This document shows, one piece after another, positions 39,850 to 52,900 of a DNA stretch of 64,000 bases (position 1 is the stretch's first letter; the number at the start of each line of letters is the position of its first letter). The notes beneath the pieces are model-generated. The model had not been told where the DNA came from. It worked only from the letters and a program-made list of their open reading frames with translations, and searched no databases. The position numbers and the translations under genes were made by a program. Source of the stretch: Antedon mediterranea (taxonomy: Eukaryota > Animalia > Echinodermata); NCBI RefSeq assembly GCF_964355755.1, contig NC_092680.1:5890001-5954000 (forward strand). Direction: 5' to 3'.

Positions 39850-40493
39850 TTTACACAAACTCAATTCATGTACGGAATCGGAATCGTCTGCATCAATAAG
39901 ATGGTATATGCTATAAATTACCAGCGTTTCACTCTTAACTTTAAAGATACTGAAGTAGAAGGGATCGTCATAAAAATTACAGTAGGCTTACCAAACTGTC
40001 AAATAATATTATATTTTACATATATAATACTAAATACAGTTTGTCAGTAACTTTCACTTAAGTTTAGTAGGCCAGCTGATGAGGGGAATTCCACACTTGA
40101 AAAAAACATGTTGGTTCAATATATTCCTTATGGAATCATCGCTGTGAGACTAAACAGACACAATTTAAAAAGTCGTTTTTCATTCTTTTTTAAAGTTACA
40201 GATAACACAACCTTTTAGCATAATTTCATAACCTCAGATTTTATTAGTCAATTTTTTTTCTGAGATCAGATGCCACATGGCATTTTATGTCAGATCGTAA
40301 GTAAATAATTTTATTTGTTAAGACTTATAAAAAAAAGGTTATTTCTACATTGAAATGTAATAATCCTACAAATCATTTTTAGTTTTAATTTCAAGTTTGA
40401 AGTGAACCTTATCATTGTGTTTTGATGTTTAAATTGTTTAAAGCAATTTCTTTAATTGTAGCTTTGAGATGCTTTCATGTGAAACAAACATTT

Positions 40494-40724
40494 GGAGTTG
40501 TGGCTTGGTGGTTATGATGCTTGGCTACCACTCCAAGGGTCCTGGGTTCAAGTCCCGTCACATGTCAGGATTTTTTCTAAGGATAAAATGACAACTCCAC
40601 TCCCAAAGAATTGTAATAAGACTTTGTTTATGTAGAGCATCTTGTGTATACGTTTGTCTTGCAAACTCTGAGGGTACCTAATGATCAGCAATTGCTGGAT
40701 GGATCACCCTCATTAAATATGGTG

Positions 40725-40755
<31 letters not shown>

Positions 40756-40756
40756 C
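40494..40756 (+). mobile_element. tRNA-derived SINE
   Basis: A box tggcttggtgg, B box ggttcaagtcc, core caactccactccc..agactttgttta, 3' stem-loop gagggt...accctc, A/(AT)n tail. Confidence 0.75.
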
Positions 40757-40918
40757 TCATGTTTTAACACTATGGCCAATCCCTGTTAGGAGACACCTCA
40801 TTAATGGGGCACTTTGGTGGGCCCCGAAGGTGTCCACTCAATAGAGGTTCTTCCGTAATACAAAGAAAATATTAAGCAATAAAAAAAAATTCAAAAATTT
40901 GTGCTTTTTTTTACTTAC

Positions 40919-43900
40919 TGTTTTTTTCTTTAAGCAGTAACAACATGCCCTGAAAAAAAAAGATATTCTATGGTAATTTTTTTTCCAAATTTGCTGCGTC
41001 AGTTTGTGTGTGTAAAATAATTGGTTTACTAATCTAAATATCATCTGACTGTTAGATAACTAGTTCAAAGATAAACATCATTATAACTATTTTAACATTC
41101 ATGTAATAGTGAGCAAGTTAGCTGTATGACTCATACAAAAATGCATATACAAACACACTTGCTATTTAATATCTATTTGTATTAATGATGTAATATAAAA
41201 CATAAAAAAAATATATATATAGATAAGTTCAGAAATGTGACACCTACATTATTGGAAGAAATATTATTTTATAATCGGAAATATACACTCGTATTATAAC
41301 AACCCTTGAAATTAAATTACCTTGTCTAACATTTCAATGGAAGATTCCATAAACTAAGAAAATGGTGAAAAAATAGTTTAAATAAATAAAAATGTATTAC
41401 AAAATGTTTTCATTTCTTTTTTTTTTAGAAAAGTTAATATAACAAAGCAAAAATTTAATTCAAGGTTTATAATGAAACTCACAAAAATTGTAATTCTTTT
41501 TTCCTTATTCATCTAACTTTTTCAATTCTTAATTTAGCTCAGTCATCAATGTTGTAACCAAACATCAAAAACAAAAGTTTAAAATGCTTTTTTAACATCC
41601 GTACATTATTAAATCACTGTCAAATATTAATCTTAACTCTTCAAAAACTTAAACTAAAAAACAAAACTATCAACCATTCACAACATTACATTTGGCATTT
41701 CTTGTTTCATCAATCACGTTCTGGAACAAATTGATTTCAAATCACAAAGGCCAAAATTAAATCTATCAACGAAAGGAAACAAACAAGCCGAACAAAAGTC
41801 TCAAAAGTGGAACACTAAGAATATTGGGAAGGAAAAAGAAAATCAAGTTTAAGAATGAAAATACTTGACCATTCAAAGGAAGTAATCTTGATCATCATGA
41901 GAATTGGAAAATTTAACTTAATTTTAAACTGAACGTAACAAAAGTTATAAGATAAAGGGAATATTCACATTATAAAGTATGGTACAGATTTAAAGTGTAC
42001 AAACAAAGAGAATAAAATAAGTGAAGAGATGTGAAAAATACTCAGAAAAAGTACTCTATAATATTTCGGCTCATAAATTGAAGATAGAGATATATATTTT
42101 AATAAGTTTTTGTTATGAAACATATGTTGGTTTAACTATTAAAAAAAGTGTGCACAAACATACTTTATACACAAACATCAAGAAAATAATAACGTTTGAA
42201 AATGCTTTGCAAGCATTTTCAAATTAATAAAGTGCAGTTCACATGGCCATTCAAGTTTAAAAAAAAGTTATAACTACAAACTAATATAGTATTAGCATAC
42301 TACTACAGATTATACAAGAAAGCTTAAGCTCTGTCTACACTACCAAACTTCATTTGACAAAAAAATGTAATGTGCCCATAAGTGGAAATGATGATGTCAT
42401 ATCTCAACCATATTTGGGCATATCACTACCATATTTAGGCACATCACACTTTTTGTGATAGTGGAGACAGAGCTTTAGGAAGTTATTAGTCATTGGTTTC
42501 TCAATAGTTGTAAGGTATTGCTATTCTTAAAAAAAAAACATCACAATGACCTCCATTTTGATTCAAGATAATACATTATAAATGAAAGACGAAATAAATA
42601 ACTGTTAAAATACCAAACAAAATAGCACAAAATGTATTCCTTACACATTTTTCATAGGCTATTAATTGAAAAAAAAAATTGTCTAATAGTCCATATAATT
42701 GGAGAGGAATTGGAGCGAATAATTAAGCATTTCTAGCAATTTTCTTATTATTGACAGTTCACTAAAAAAAGTGGTTAACAGTTTAATTCTGCTGGAAAAA
42801 CAAGTTTGTTACATTTATCCCAGTTATTCCTTATCCTATCTAGGCCAGCCACGACAAGATATGGAAGTATAGCCATATTGTGCGATAGAATCACTCGTCG
42901 CCGTGCTAGTTATGAGGAAATAACAGCGAAAGTAAAGTCGCCAAATTATTTTGATCAAGGGCAGACATATCACTATCTGGATAACTCTAAACTTTGCTTC
43001 ATCGGTTCCAAATATCAGGAAGTCGAAGTTCTTCAAAATCATCAAATTTGACAGTTTATGAGGGAGTTACAGGAAGGATTGTAGATACCATGTGTGATAT
43101 CAATGTTGAAAAGACAATTTGACCTTTGCAATTCACACCAGGAAAAAAGCAAAAAGTTTTACGACACATACTTCAATAGACTTTTTAGCGACTCATTTAC
43201 GAACCATGCAAAATCGTCAAGGATTTTTATAGAGTGGTTCTTTATTCCACAAAATGAGAACCAATTATCATGAGATAGGCTGGTTAGGCCAATTTACCAT
43301 CACTTCTGCAGCTAGGGTAGTCTGGTCTAGTATGAAAAAGTCAGTTCAGAAAAATTGAGGGTTTGTTCAAACCTTTGAACTCATGGCTACAACTTTGATC
43401 TTAATTATCTCGATTAGTTTTTATTAAAGCAATGAACAAGTAAGAAGATTTTTAAAACAAAAAACAAAAATAGATTTTAACGATTTCTATTGACACTTGA
43501 TGTGATATAAAACTGTGCAAATATAAATTAGATAAAAAAAACAATTAAACCTTCGTATCCTCTTTCACATCACTTAGAAAAACTCTGAAGTTTAAACACA
43601 CTGGAGCAACAACGCTTACGTTTTATAAACTCCTGGGTTTGGCTACGCAATGTGAAAGAGAGTTTATACAAATTATATTTAAAATCGTCAGGTTTATAAT
43701 GGTAATGGACTGAGGTAGCCAGCATCACAAAAATATTTTTTACTTTTTGAAAAGGTAATTCTTTTCACGTTATTCCTATTACAGTAGAACGCCTTTACAC
43801 TCCTATTCAGGGGGAACCCTAAGGGAATACTTTCCTAAGAAATGAACATGGGAAAATATATGTTGTAACACTACAACCAACCTCTATTAAAGGGACATTC

Positions 43901-46900
43901 TTGCTATGAGACACTTTTTGGGGTTTCAAAGGTGCCCTTTTAATTTGTGGTTATACTTTAATAAATAATTCTACTGTGGGAAATTTATACATATTTTACA
44001 TGAAAATGACTGCAAACAAACACACATTGTGGCAATGGAAATAAAGTGAATATCAAGGGAACAATAACACCAGGTTAGCCTTCCGAAGTCACCTGAACCA
44101 GAAACTGCATGGGTACAACTTAAATTTACTAAATGTTCATTCAAGTCAAGATTGATATACTACATCCGGTCGTAATGATTGTAACCGTAACCAATGTTAT
44201 TAACATCACTGTATTTGACTCTTGTTTAAAAGCACAAATCAAAAGTAAGGAAAAAACAAGAATCTAAAGATTTAAATTAAATTATGAGACAGGTTGATTG
44301 AAAGAAATAAATACTTATTGAAAATGAAATAATACCGAAAATATCATAAAAGTAAAGTGCAAACTAAGTTAGAAAAAAGTGATGCAGGGACTCTTAAAAA
44401 TATTAACCACATAAATTATAACACATATTGTTTTTTAAATATAAAAAAATCGTGTTGTTGAATAACAACAAAATTAACTTTTGTACTAAAGTTTTGCATA
44501 TACTCTACCTATAGAATACAGGAAATGCAGTTGGTCCATATTACAAGATACAAATTTTAAACTGATTGCTCATTTGAGGATGCAGCCATTATGGGTGGTC
44601 CCTCTCCATGATGGCTTACTAATTATTGAGCTGTGATTATGTTGAGAGTTGTCTCTTTATTAATATAATACCTCTAAGGTTATTGATTACAATAATTGAT
44701 AAATGCTATATAATGGGGATTTACTATTAGTTTTCTTGATGTCCCTATAGCCAATCAAGATTTGAGGCCTAGCTTAATCCACTATGATTAAAGTATGAGA
44801 GTCCTGAAGGAATTCTATCATAATTCTACTGAATATCAATCATATTAAGTTATATTTAGGTTCAATATTTCAATAAATAAAATTAGATTAAATTCTAAAT
44901 GAATCATTTATGTCAATGTGTAATCTAACTTTTTTATACAAAAAATTACTAATATTTTTGAATGAATGAGTTTTTGTATATTATTTTCTCCCCCAGATAA
45001 AGAAATCAAACTTAGTCACAATGCAACACATGTATGAAAAAAAAAAAAATCATTCTAATCTTTTACTAACATAGTCAGGGGAGGATCAAATGGAGAAACA
45101 TATATTACCAATAGTCTGTCAAAAATATAACATAAAATAGTTCGAAATTTCATTTTTGTTGTCAAAAGGGGAAGGTGCCCATCCCAATGGATGGGCACCT
45201 GTTGGGTCTTTCCTTGTATTCTATATACTGTACATTGTAAAAATTCTGCATTTTTTTAAATGTAGACTTTCTACAAATCATAACAAACCAAGTCTCAATG
45301 CAAATAAAGCCAAAAACAAATGTGATGTTCCCAAATATGGTAGTGATATGCTTAAATATGGTAGTGATATAGCATCATCATGTCTAATATATGGGTACAT
45401 GACATATTTTTGTCACATAGTTTGATGGTGTAGGAAGAGATTAAGAAGACCATAAGTCACAATTTCAACAAGACTGGAAAAGAAATCCTACTTCAACTTA
45501 TATAAATCACTGGGTTTATAATAATTAAATTCAGAGTTAGATTAGAGTCTGGGACATTACATTGGTTCATTTCTAATTGCACATGGGATCCTCATTTGTA
45601 AAATTTGTGGGAATGTGTTTACTAAATTCTATTAACCTTGCCCCCTTCTTTTAATTAATTAGAATAAAAGAACTACTTTTAAGTTATACATACAGTGCCT
45701 CATGTCTAGACGACTTTATTACATTTGTTGAAAATAATGAGAATTGCGCAGTTTCATTACCCAACTAAAAAGAAATTCCTAACATTGAATTGGTATAATT
45801 ATAGTACAGGTGAATTTAAAGTCAAGTTTTTAGCAATGTTGGATTTTTTTTAGGACAGGTTTTAAATTTAATAACAGGTCTAGGTACAGGGTTCATCCTT
45901 GACTCAGTACCAGGATAGTAACTCACGACTCTTTCTACTCCACTCGCTAATGAGACTTAGCTTATAAGTATGTTAAATCATTGTTTAATTTGTATGTTGG
46001 TTATTGGTAAAGCAAATTAAAAACATAATTTACTTGATTAAATGTAGAAAATTGTTATTTAAGTTTTTCATATCCATTGACGTACAGTAGGTACTTTTTA
46101 GTTATCCGCTTAGTAGCGGATAACTCCTTGTAATCGTCCTGTTACTTTTTTTTTTTTTTTTTTTTTTTTTTCTTATTTCTTTCTCCCTCATTTTTGTGCC
46201 TCACGTATCTCAAAAACTTGTAAACATAACATTTCATAACTTTGTCAACATATGGGCATTTACGTGAAGTTGTGCACCTCCTATTTTTGAATGACGTCAG
46301 AGTTGCGCAACGTGACTTACGTGCGATTTTATGATTTTTTATGATTGATCATAGACTAAAAACCAAGCATAAATTTGTTTTGACACTTTGTGAAAATTTA
46401 AGTCATATCAAGGGCAAACTTTTTGTGGATTAAAAATGCCATGTTTTACAAGACGTTACGCGCGCACGCGCATTTCTCCTCTATTTTTGTATCTCGCGTA
46501 TCTCAAAAACGTGTAATCATAACATTTAATAACTTTGTCAACATATGGGCATTCACGTGAAGTTGTGCACCTCCTATTGTGAATGACGTCAGAAATGCGC
46601 AACGTGACTTACGCACGATTTTATGAATTTCGCGTATTTAACATAGATTTAAAACCATATAACAATTTAAATTGAAACTTAGCAAAACTTTAATTTATAT
46701 CATGCGCTAACTTTTTGTGGAAAAAAATTGCGTGTTTTACACAAAGTTACGCGCGCACGCGCATTTAAAATTCAAAATGCGCAAAATTAATTTTTAATCA
46801 ACTTTCTACGCTGATCATGACATTTTGACCATGTCAAAATTTCCCACGCGCGCGAACAATTTTATGCGCGTGGTGCGCACGTAGCGCTAAAAGTATTTTT

Positions 46901-49900
46901 TTTTTATTGAATTATGTTTTTCCAGCCTTTTATAGTAATTTTACAAATTTTAAAACAATTTCGACTTACAATTACGTCATACGGGCACGTTGAATTGGAT
47001 ACTTTACGTGCGTTTTTGATGAAAAAGTTCAAAAATTTGTCAAAATTATGCCTATTTTTAAACAGTCATAGATTCTAAACTACGTGGAGAACTTTTTTTT
47101 AATTACATATTCTGGAAGTTGATGAGTTGTAGATATCGGATCATGCATTAATATGGCTAACCGGAAATTGTGACGTCATCGTATGGCCACACGAATGTAA
47201 AATATAGGATTTTTGTCTCTTTCGTTATTGCTCATCACATTTAATAGAGCACATCTCCACTTATTCGTTGTCCATTTTCACCCCGATTTTAATATAATCT
47301 TGGTCAATCAACTATCTTTTGCATGAATTAAATTTTTTTCTATTTTTTTAACGTCATCATGCCTAAAAATTTAAATTACGTTGGTCATTAATTTCATCTT
47401 TACAGTAAATTTTAATCTGTTTTAGCTCGTAAGAATAAAATGTGATAATCACGATTAAAACGTTTTCAGGAAGCTATTGTATTGTAGATACAAAATCATG
47501 TGAACTTTTTGCCAATCAGATGTTGTGACGTCATCATATGGCCAGTTGAATAAAAAAAGTTGTATTTTCATATTTTGCGTAATAGTTCATCACATTTAAA
47601 AGGGTGCGCATCTATATTTTACGTATTCAAATTTCTTCTACACGTTAATATGTTGTTCCTAAGATAATTTCCTTCTGAAATTGCTATCTAAGTGTTTCAT
47701 TTTGATACCGTCGCCATGTTAAAAATTGCAATAAATGGCGGATCCCGTAATTTCACCTATTCTACACTGTATGTAATATGTATACAGATTATACTGTAGT
47801 GTTTGCATGTATATACTATATGACACAAAATTGACAGAATTCAGCACTAACAGCATATCATATTCTTCAGTTCTTTTCATAATGCCATAATCTTTATCTG
47901 TGTGCAACATTCCAACGTATGACGTGCACGTGGCGTTTGTCGTGGTGCGGATAACTAACTCGTCAAAGTGACGAGTTTCATGTCTAGTTTTTTTCTTTCT
48001 TTCTCCTCTATTTTTGTGTCTCGCGTATCTCAAAAACGTGTAAACATAACATGTTATAACTTTGTCAGCATGAGATCATTCAGGTGAAGTTGTGCACCTC
48101 CTATTTTTGAATGACGTCAGAGTTGCGCAACATGACTTACGCGCATTTTTACGAATTTCGCCTATTTAACATAGATTGAAAACCATATAGCAATTTAAAT
48201 TGAAACTTAACAAAAGTTTAATTGATATCTTGCGCTAACTGAATGTGAAAAAAAATTGGCATGTTTCACACGAAGTTACGCGTGCACGCGCGTTTAAAAT
48301 TTCAAAATGCGAAAAATCAATATCTAATCAACTTTCTACGCGTTTCATGTCATTTAGAGCATGTAAAAAATACCCACGTGCGCTCAAATTTTTACGCGCG
48401 CGGTACGCACGTAGCGTTGAAAACAATTTTTTTTCGCGTGATTTATGTTTTTCCAGCCTTTTCTAGTAATTTTACCAACTTTTGAACAATTTCGACTTAA
48501 AATTACGTCATACGGGCACGTTGAATTGGATAATTTACGTGCATTTTTGATGAAAAAGTTCAAAAAATCGTCAAAATTTGTCAAAATTATGCCCTTTTTT
48601 AAACAGTCGTAGTTCCTAAACTAAACGGTGAAAGTAATTTTTTTTGCATATTCTGAAAGTTGATGAGTTGTAGATTTTGGATCATGCATTAATATGGCTA
48701 ACCGTACATTGTGACGTCACCGTATGGCCATGCGAATATAAAATATAGGATTTTTGTATCTTTCATCATAGCGCATGACATTTAATAGAGCGCATCTCCA
48801 ATTATCTGTTTTCCATTTTTACCCCGATTTTTATATTATCTAGGTCAATCAACTATCTTTCGTATGAGTTAAAAATATTTTAATTTTTATGATGTCATCA
48901 TGTCTAAAAATTTAAATAACGTGGGTCACTTATTTTCGTCTTTACAGTAAATTTCAATCTGTTATAGCTCGTCAGAATAAAACGTGATAATCATGATTAA
49001 AACGTTTTCTGGAAGCTATTGGATTGTAGATACGAATTTATGTAAACATTTTGCCAATCGGATGTTGTGACGTCATCATATGACCAGTTAAATAAAAAAA
49101 GTCGTATTTTCATCTTTTGCGTCATAATTCATCACATTTAAAAGAGCGCGCATCAATATTTTACGTATTTAAATTTCTTCTACACATTAATATGTTATTG
49201 CCGAGATAATTTCATTCCGAAATTGCTATCTTAGTGTTTCATTTTGATACCGTCGCTATGTTAAAAATTGAAATAAATGGCGGGTCCAGTCATTTCACCT
49301 ATTCTACACTGTATGTAATATGTATACAGATTATATTGTATATATAATATGACACAAAATAACAGAATTCAGCAATAACAACATATCATATTCTTCAGTT
49401 CAGGTCATATTGCCATAATCTTTTTCTGTGTGCAATATTCTAACGTATGACGTCTACGTGGCCTTTGTAGTGCGGATAACTAACTCGTCAAAGTGACGAG
49501 TTACATGTCTAGTTTTTTTTTAGTTCTTCGGGCATTAGCTTTTAATAATTTGGCTCAATTTCAACCTTGGAACTAAATATTGGTATTTCCAAGGAACAGA
49601 TGAAAACAAACTGACCACACATTATATACCACATTTAAGATTCCTTTTAAATAAAGAATTAATTTTTCGATAAAGAAACATTGGAAGCATGTGGACATTT
49701 TGATCCCATTTTTAAAAATTAAAATTGTCAACTGAGTATTTGATGATGTTACAGTTTGTAGGTAGGTACTAAACAATTACAGAGCTTTATAAGATCATTT
49801 GTATAAGATTGTTTGCACTGTGTTTTATGTTTATAAATATCTGACCAATATTTCTTTCGAGTATGCTCAAATCTCCCAATACCGAAAACCTTTGGGTTGG

Positions 49901-52900
49901 CCAATATGTCTGGTTTTCCAGAAAGTCTGGTATTCACAATGTGTTGTTAATGGTAAAAATTAATTTGGGACCCTTTTGGACCAAAAGTCTGGTTTTGGGA
50001 GAGTTTCAGGTTTTCAGAAATTCTGGTATGAGAGAGTTGACTGTATACTTTCCTATATATTTTTCTTATGTTGTGCCAATTATAAATTATGAAATTAGAG
50101 GAAATGTTTCAGTCATTTAAAAAGTACCTAGATAATACAAATTAAGTAGAGAACATGTATACCGTTAACTTTCATTTTAACATTAGGTATTCTTCTTGTT
50201 AAGACATAGAAAAGAAAACTATAGATGTTGCCACTAAGGAACTAATGTCTCATAGTGAAGATGCCAAGTATTAAATCTAATTTAATTTAAAAGCATGCAT
50301 AGAAATTAATATGGAAACCTATTTACAAATAGTATTAATAGTATTCATTAGTATATGATATCAAATTTCATGAAATATCTGTCAATATAATATATAATTA
50401 CATAATATAAACTTATTGTAAATATCCATTTATATAATTAATATTGATATTTTAATTCTGAAAGACTCAAGTATTATTCAGACATCATACGCAAACTGTA
50501 ACATCATCAAATACTCAGTTGACAATTTTAATTTTTTTAAATGGGATCAAAATGTCCACATGCTTCTAATGTTTCTTTATCCAAAAATTAATTCTTTAAT
50601 TTAAAAGGAATCTTAAATGTGGTATATAATGTGTGGTCAGTTTGTTTTCATCTGTTCCTTGGAAATACCAATATTTAGTTCCAAGGTTGAAATTGAGCCA
50701 AATTATTAAAAGCTAATGCCCGAAGAACTAAAAAAAAAAACAACTTAAAAACCTGACAACTAGAATTTGATTTGTCTCCATTTTCTCCACAGGGAAAACA
50801 CTTCTAGCCAGTAACCTGATTAATCATTTCGAAGTAAACATTAAAAAATAATTACTGTTAGACAGGCCAGATGCCAGTTTTTCTGAATTAATAATTTGAT
50901 ATATCATTACATATTTTAAAAACTTCAAACAATTTTAACATAGTAAATGTTTTTACTAGATAAAGTATGACTAAAATTATGGATTTATTTTTTATGAAAA
51001 ATATTCTTATAAATGTCATTCATTTTTCTCCTGACTCATGTTGCCCATTTCTTCATTTAGTTTTCCTTACCACTGACTTAGTTTTCTTTACTACTGACTT
51101 TGTTTTCCCTACCATTGACTTAGGTTTCCCTACCACTAATTAGTTTTTGCTACAACTGATTAAGTTTTCCCTACCTCTGACTTAGTTTTCTGTACCACTA
51201 ACTTAGTTTTATCTACCACTGACTTAGTTTCCCATACTACTAACTTAGTTTTCACTACCACTGACTCAATTATCCCTACTACTGACTTAAGCGTGGTTCC
51301 CACTAGCGACGCAACGCAAGGACGTAACGCAACGCAAGTGAATTGACCAATCACAAGCGACAGCTTATTCGCTTTTGATTGCTAACTGTCTATAACTTCG
51401 CTTGTCATTGGTTAAAACGCGTGCGTTGCGTTTACGTCCTTGAGTTACGTTCTAGTGGGAACCAAGCTTTAGTTATCCTTATCACTGTCTTAGTTATCCC
51501 TACCACTTACTTAGTTATGCCTACCACTAACTTAGTTTTCCATACTACTAACTTAGGTTTCTTTACCACTAACTTAGTTTTCCATACTAATAACTTAGTT
51601 TACTCTACCACAGTTATCCCTACCACTGCCTCGCTTTCCCCAAGGAGCACTAGATGGCAAAGGCTAATAGCATCAAAACCTAATATATACCATTTTTATT
51701 GACAACCTACCATGTTGGTGTGTAGTTGACTATCTTGGGATTTAAAGAATGTCCAATATGGCAACTCTCTTTGCAAACTTCACATATCCCTAATAAAGAA
51801 AAACAAAACTATTCAATAATGTATCAATTATTAATAATAATAAATAAAAACATTGATAAAACATAACAATACACTATAATGCATATTTCTAGAAACTTTG
51901 CCCAAATGGCTTTCATTTTTCAAACTGTACAGTAGATTGTAAGGAGGTTACACATACAGTTGTCTATTCTATCTTTACAATGTGGGGAATTTATTAACTT
52001 TAACAGTAAAACTAATCCGGGCTCAAATTCTTTCTGTAGACAAGTTATGTTTTACAACCCTGGAAAAAAGGATTATCTTAAAGAACAGCGATTTAAATAC
52101 ATTTTACACCATTTAACATGATCCATACAGGAAAATCAATAACTTGAGGCAACTGAGTCAGTAGTACCCGTTTGTGCTATGTCGACTCATGGTAGGCTGG
52201 GGGATGTGTTTATGTAGTGATAACAAAATAATTTGACTAAGTGGTATTTTTGTTGGCTGCCTCACAATTATCAAATTATAGTTTGGCAACTGTTTTGGCT
52301 ACTGGTCACAAACCTCTGTCTACACTATCAAACTAGTTTGACAAAAATAGTATGATGTGCCCAAATATGGTAGTGATATGCCCAAATATGGTTGGTAGTG
52401 ATATGATATTACCATGTTTATATATGGCCAAATCAGATTTTTTTGTCACATAAAGTTTGATTGCGTAGACAGAGCTTTATGTAAGTATACATGAACTATT
52501 TTTCCAATTAAATACGGCTTTACCACGTTGAAACACCGGTTCTCATCAGATCACCGAAGTTAAGCAACGTTGGGCCTGGTTAGAGCTTGAATGGGAGACC
52601 ATCTGGGAATATCGGGTGCTGTATATTGAGCTAGGGTCCCGTTAGGCATTTGAAATCAGCACTGTTGACTCTTATGGCAGCCCCTGCATCTAGTATCTGC
52701 CTCAGACATATTGGCTTATGCCATTCCTCTGGTCAAGGTGGCCACTGGACGAGAGAAGCCCTTGATCAATGTTAGGACCAATCAAGGTGCTTTAAACAGT
52801 CCTGGCTTTGTTTGTATTAAACCTGTTAGTGGCGGTAATTATCGCTGTTGGTTTTGATTTAATAAAATAAAATAAATAAAATAAAAAGTATTTAATGTTT

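Noticed and set aside
40076-40105. CTGATGA...GAAA hammerhead candidate
   Set aside because: No convincing stem II, and no stem III or cleavage triplet.
40494-40565. Functional tRNA gene (also 57807-57878)
   Set aside because: The acceptor stem does not pair, and a shared SINE core and tail follow.
52513-52623. Functional 5S rRNA gene
   Set aside because: The 5' end is missing, there are several substitutions, no oligo-T terminator follows, it is not in a tandem array, and it continues into a SINE-like body.
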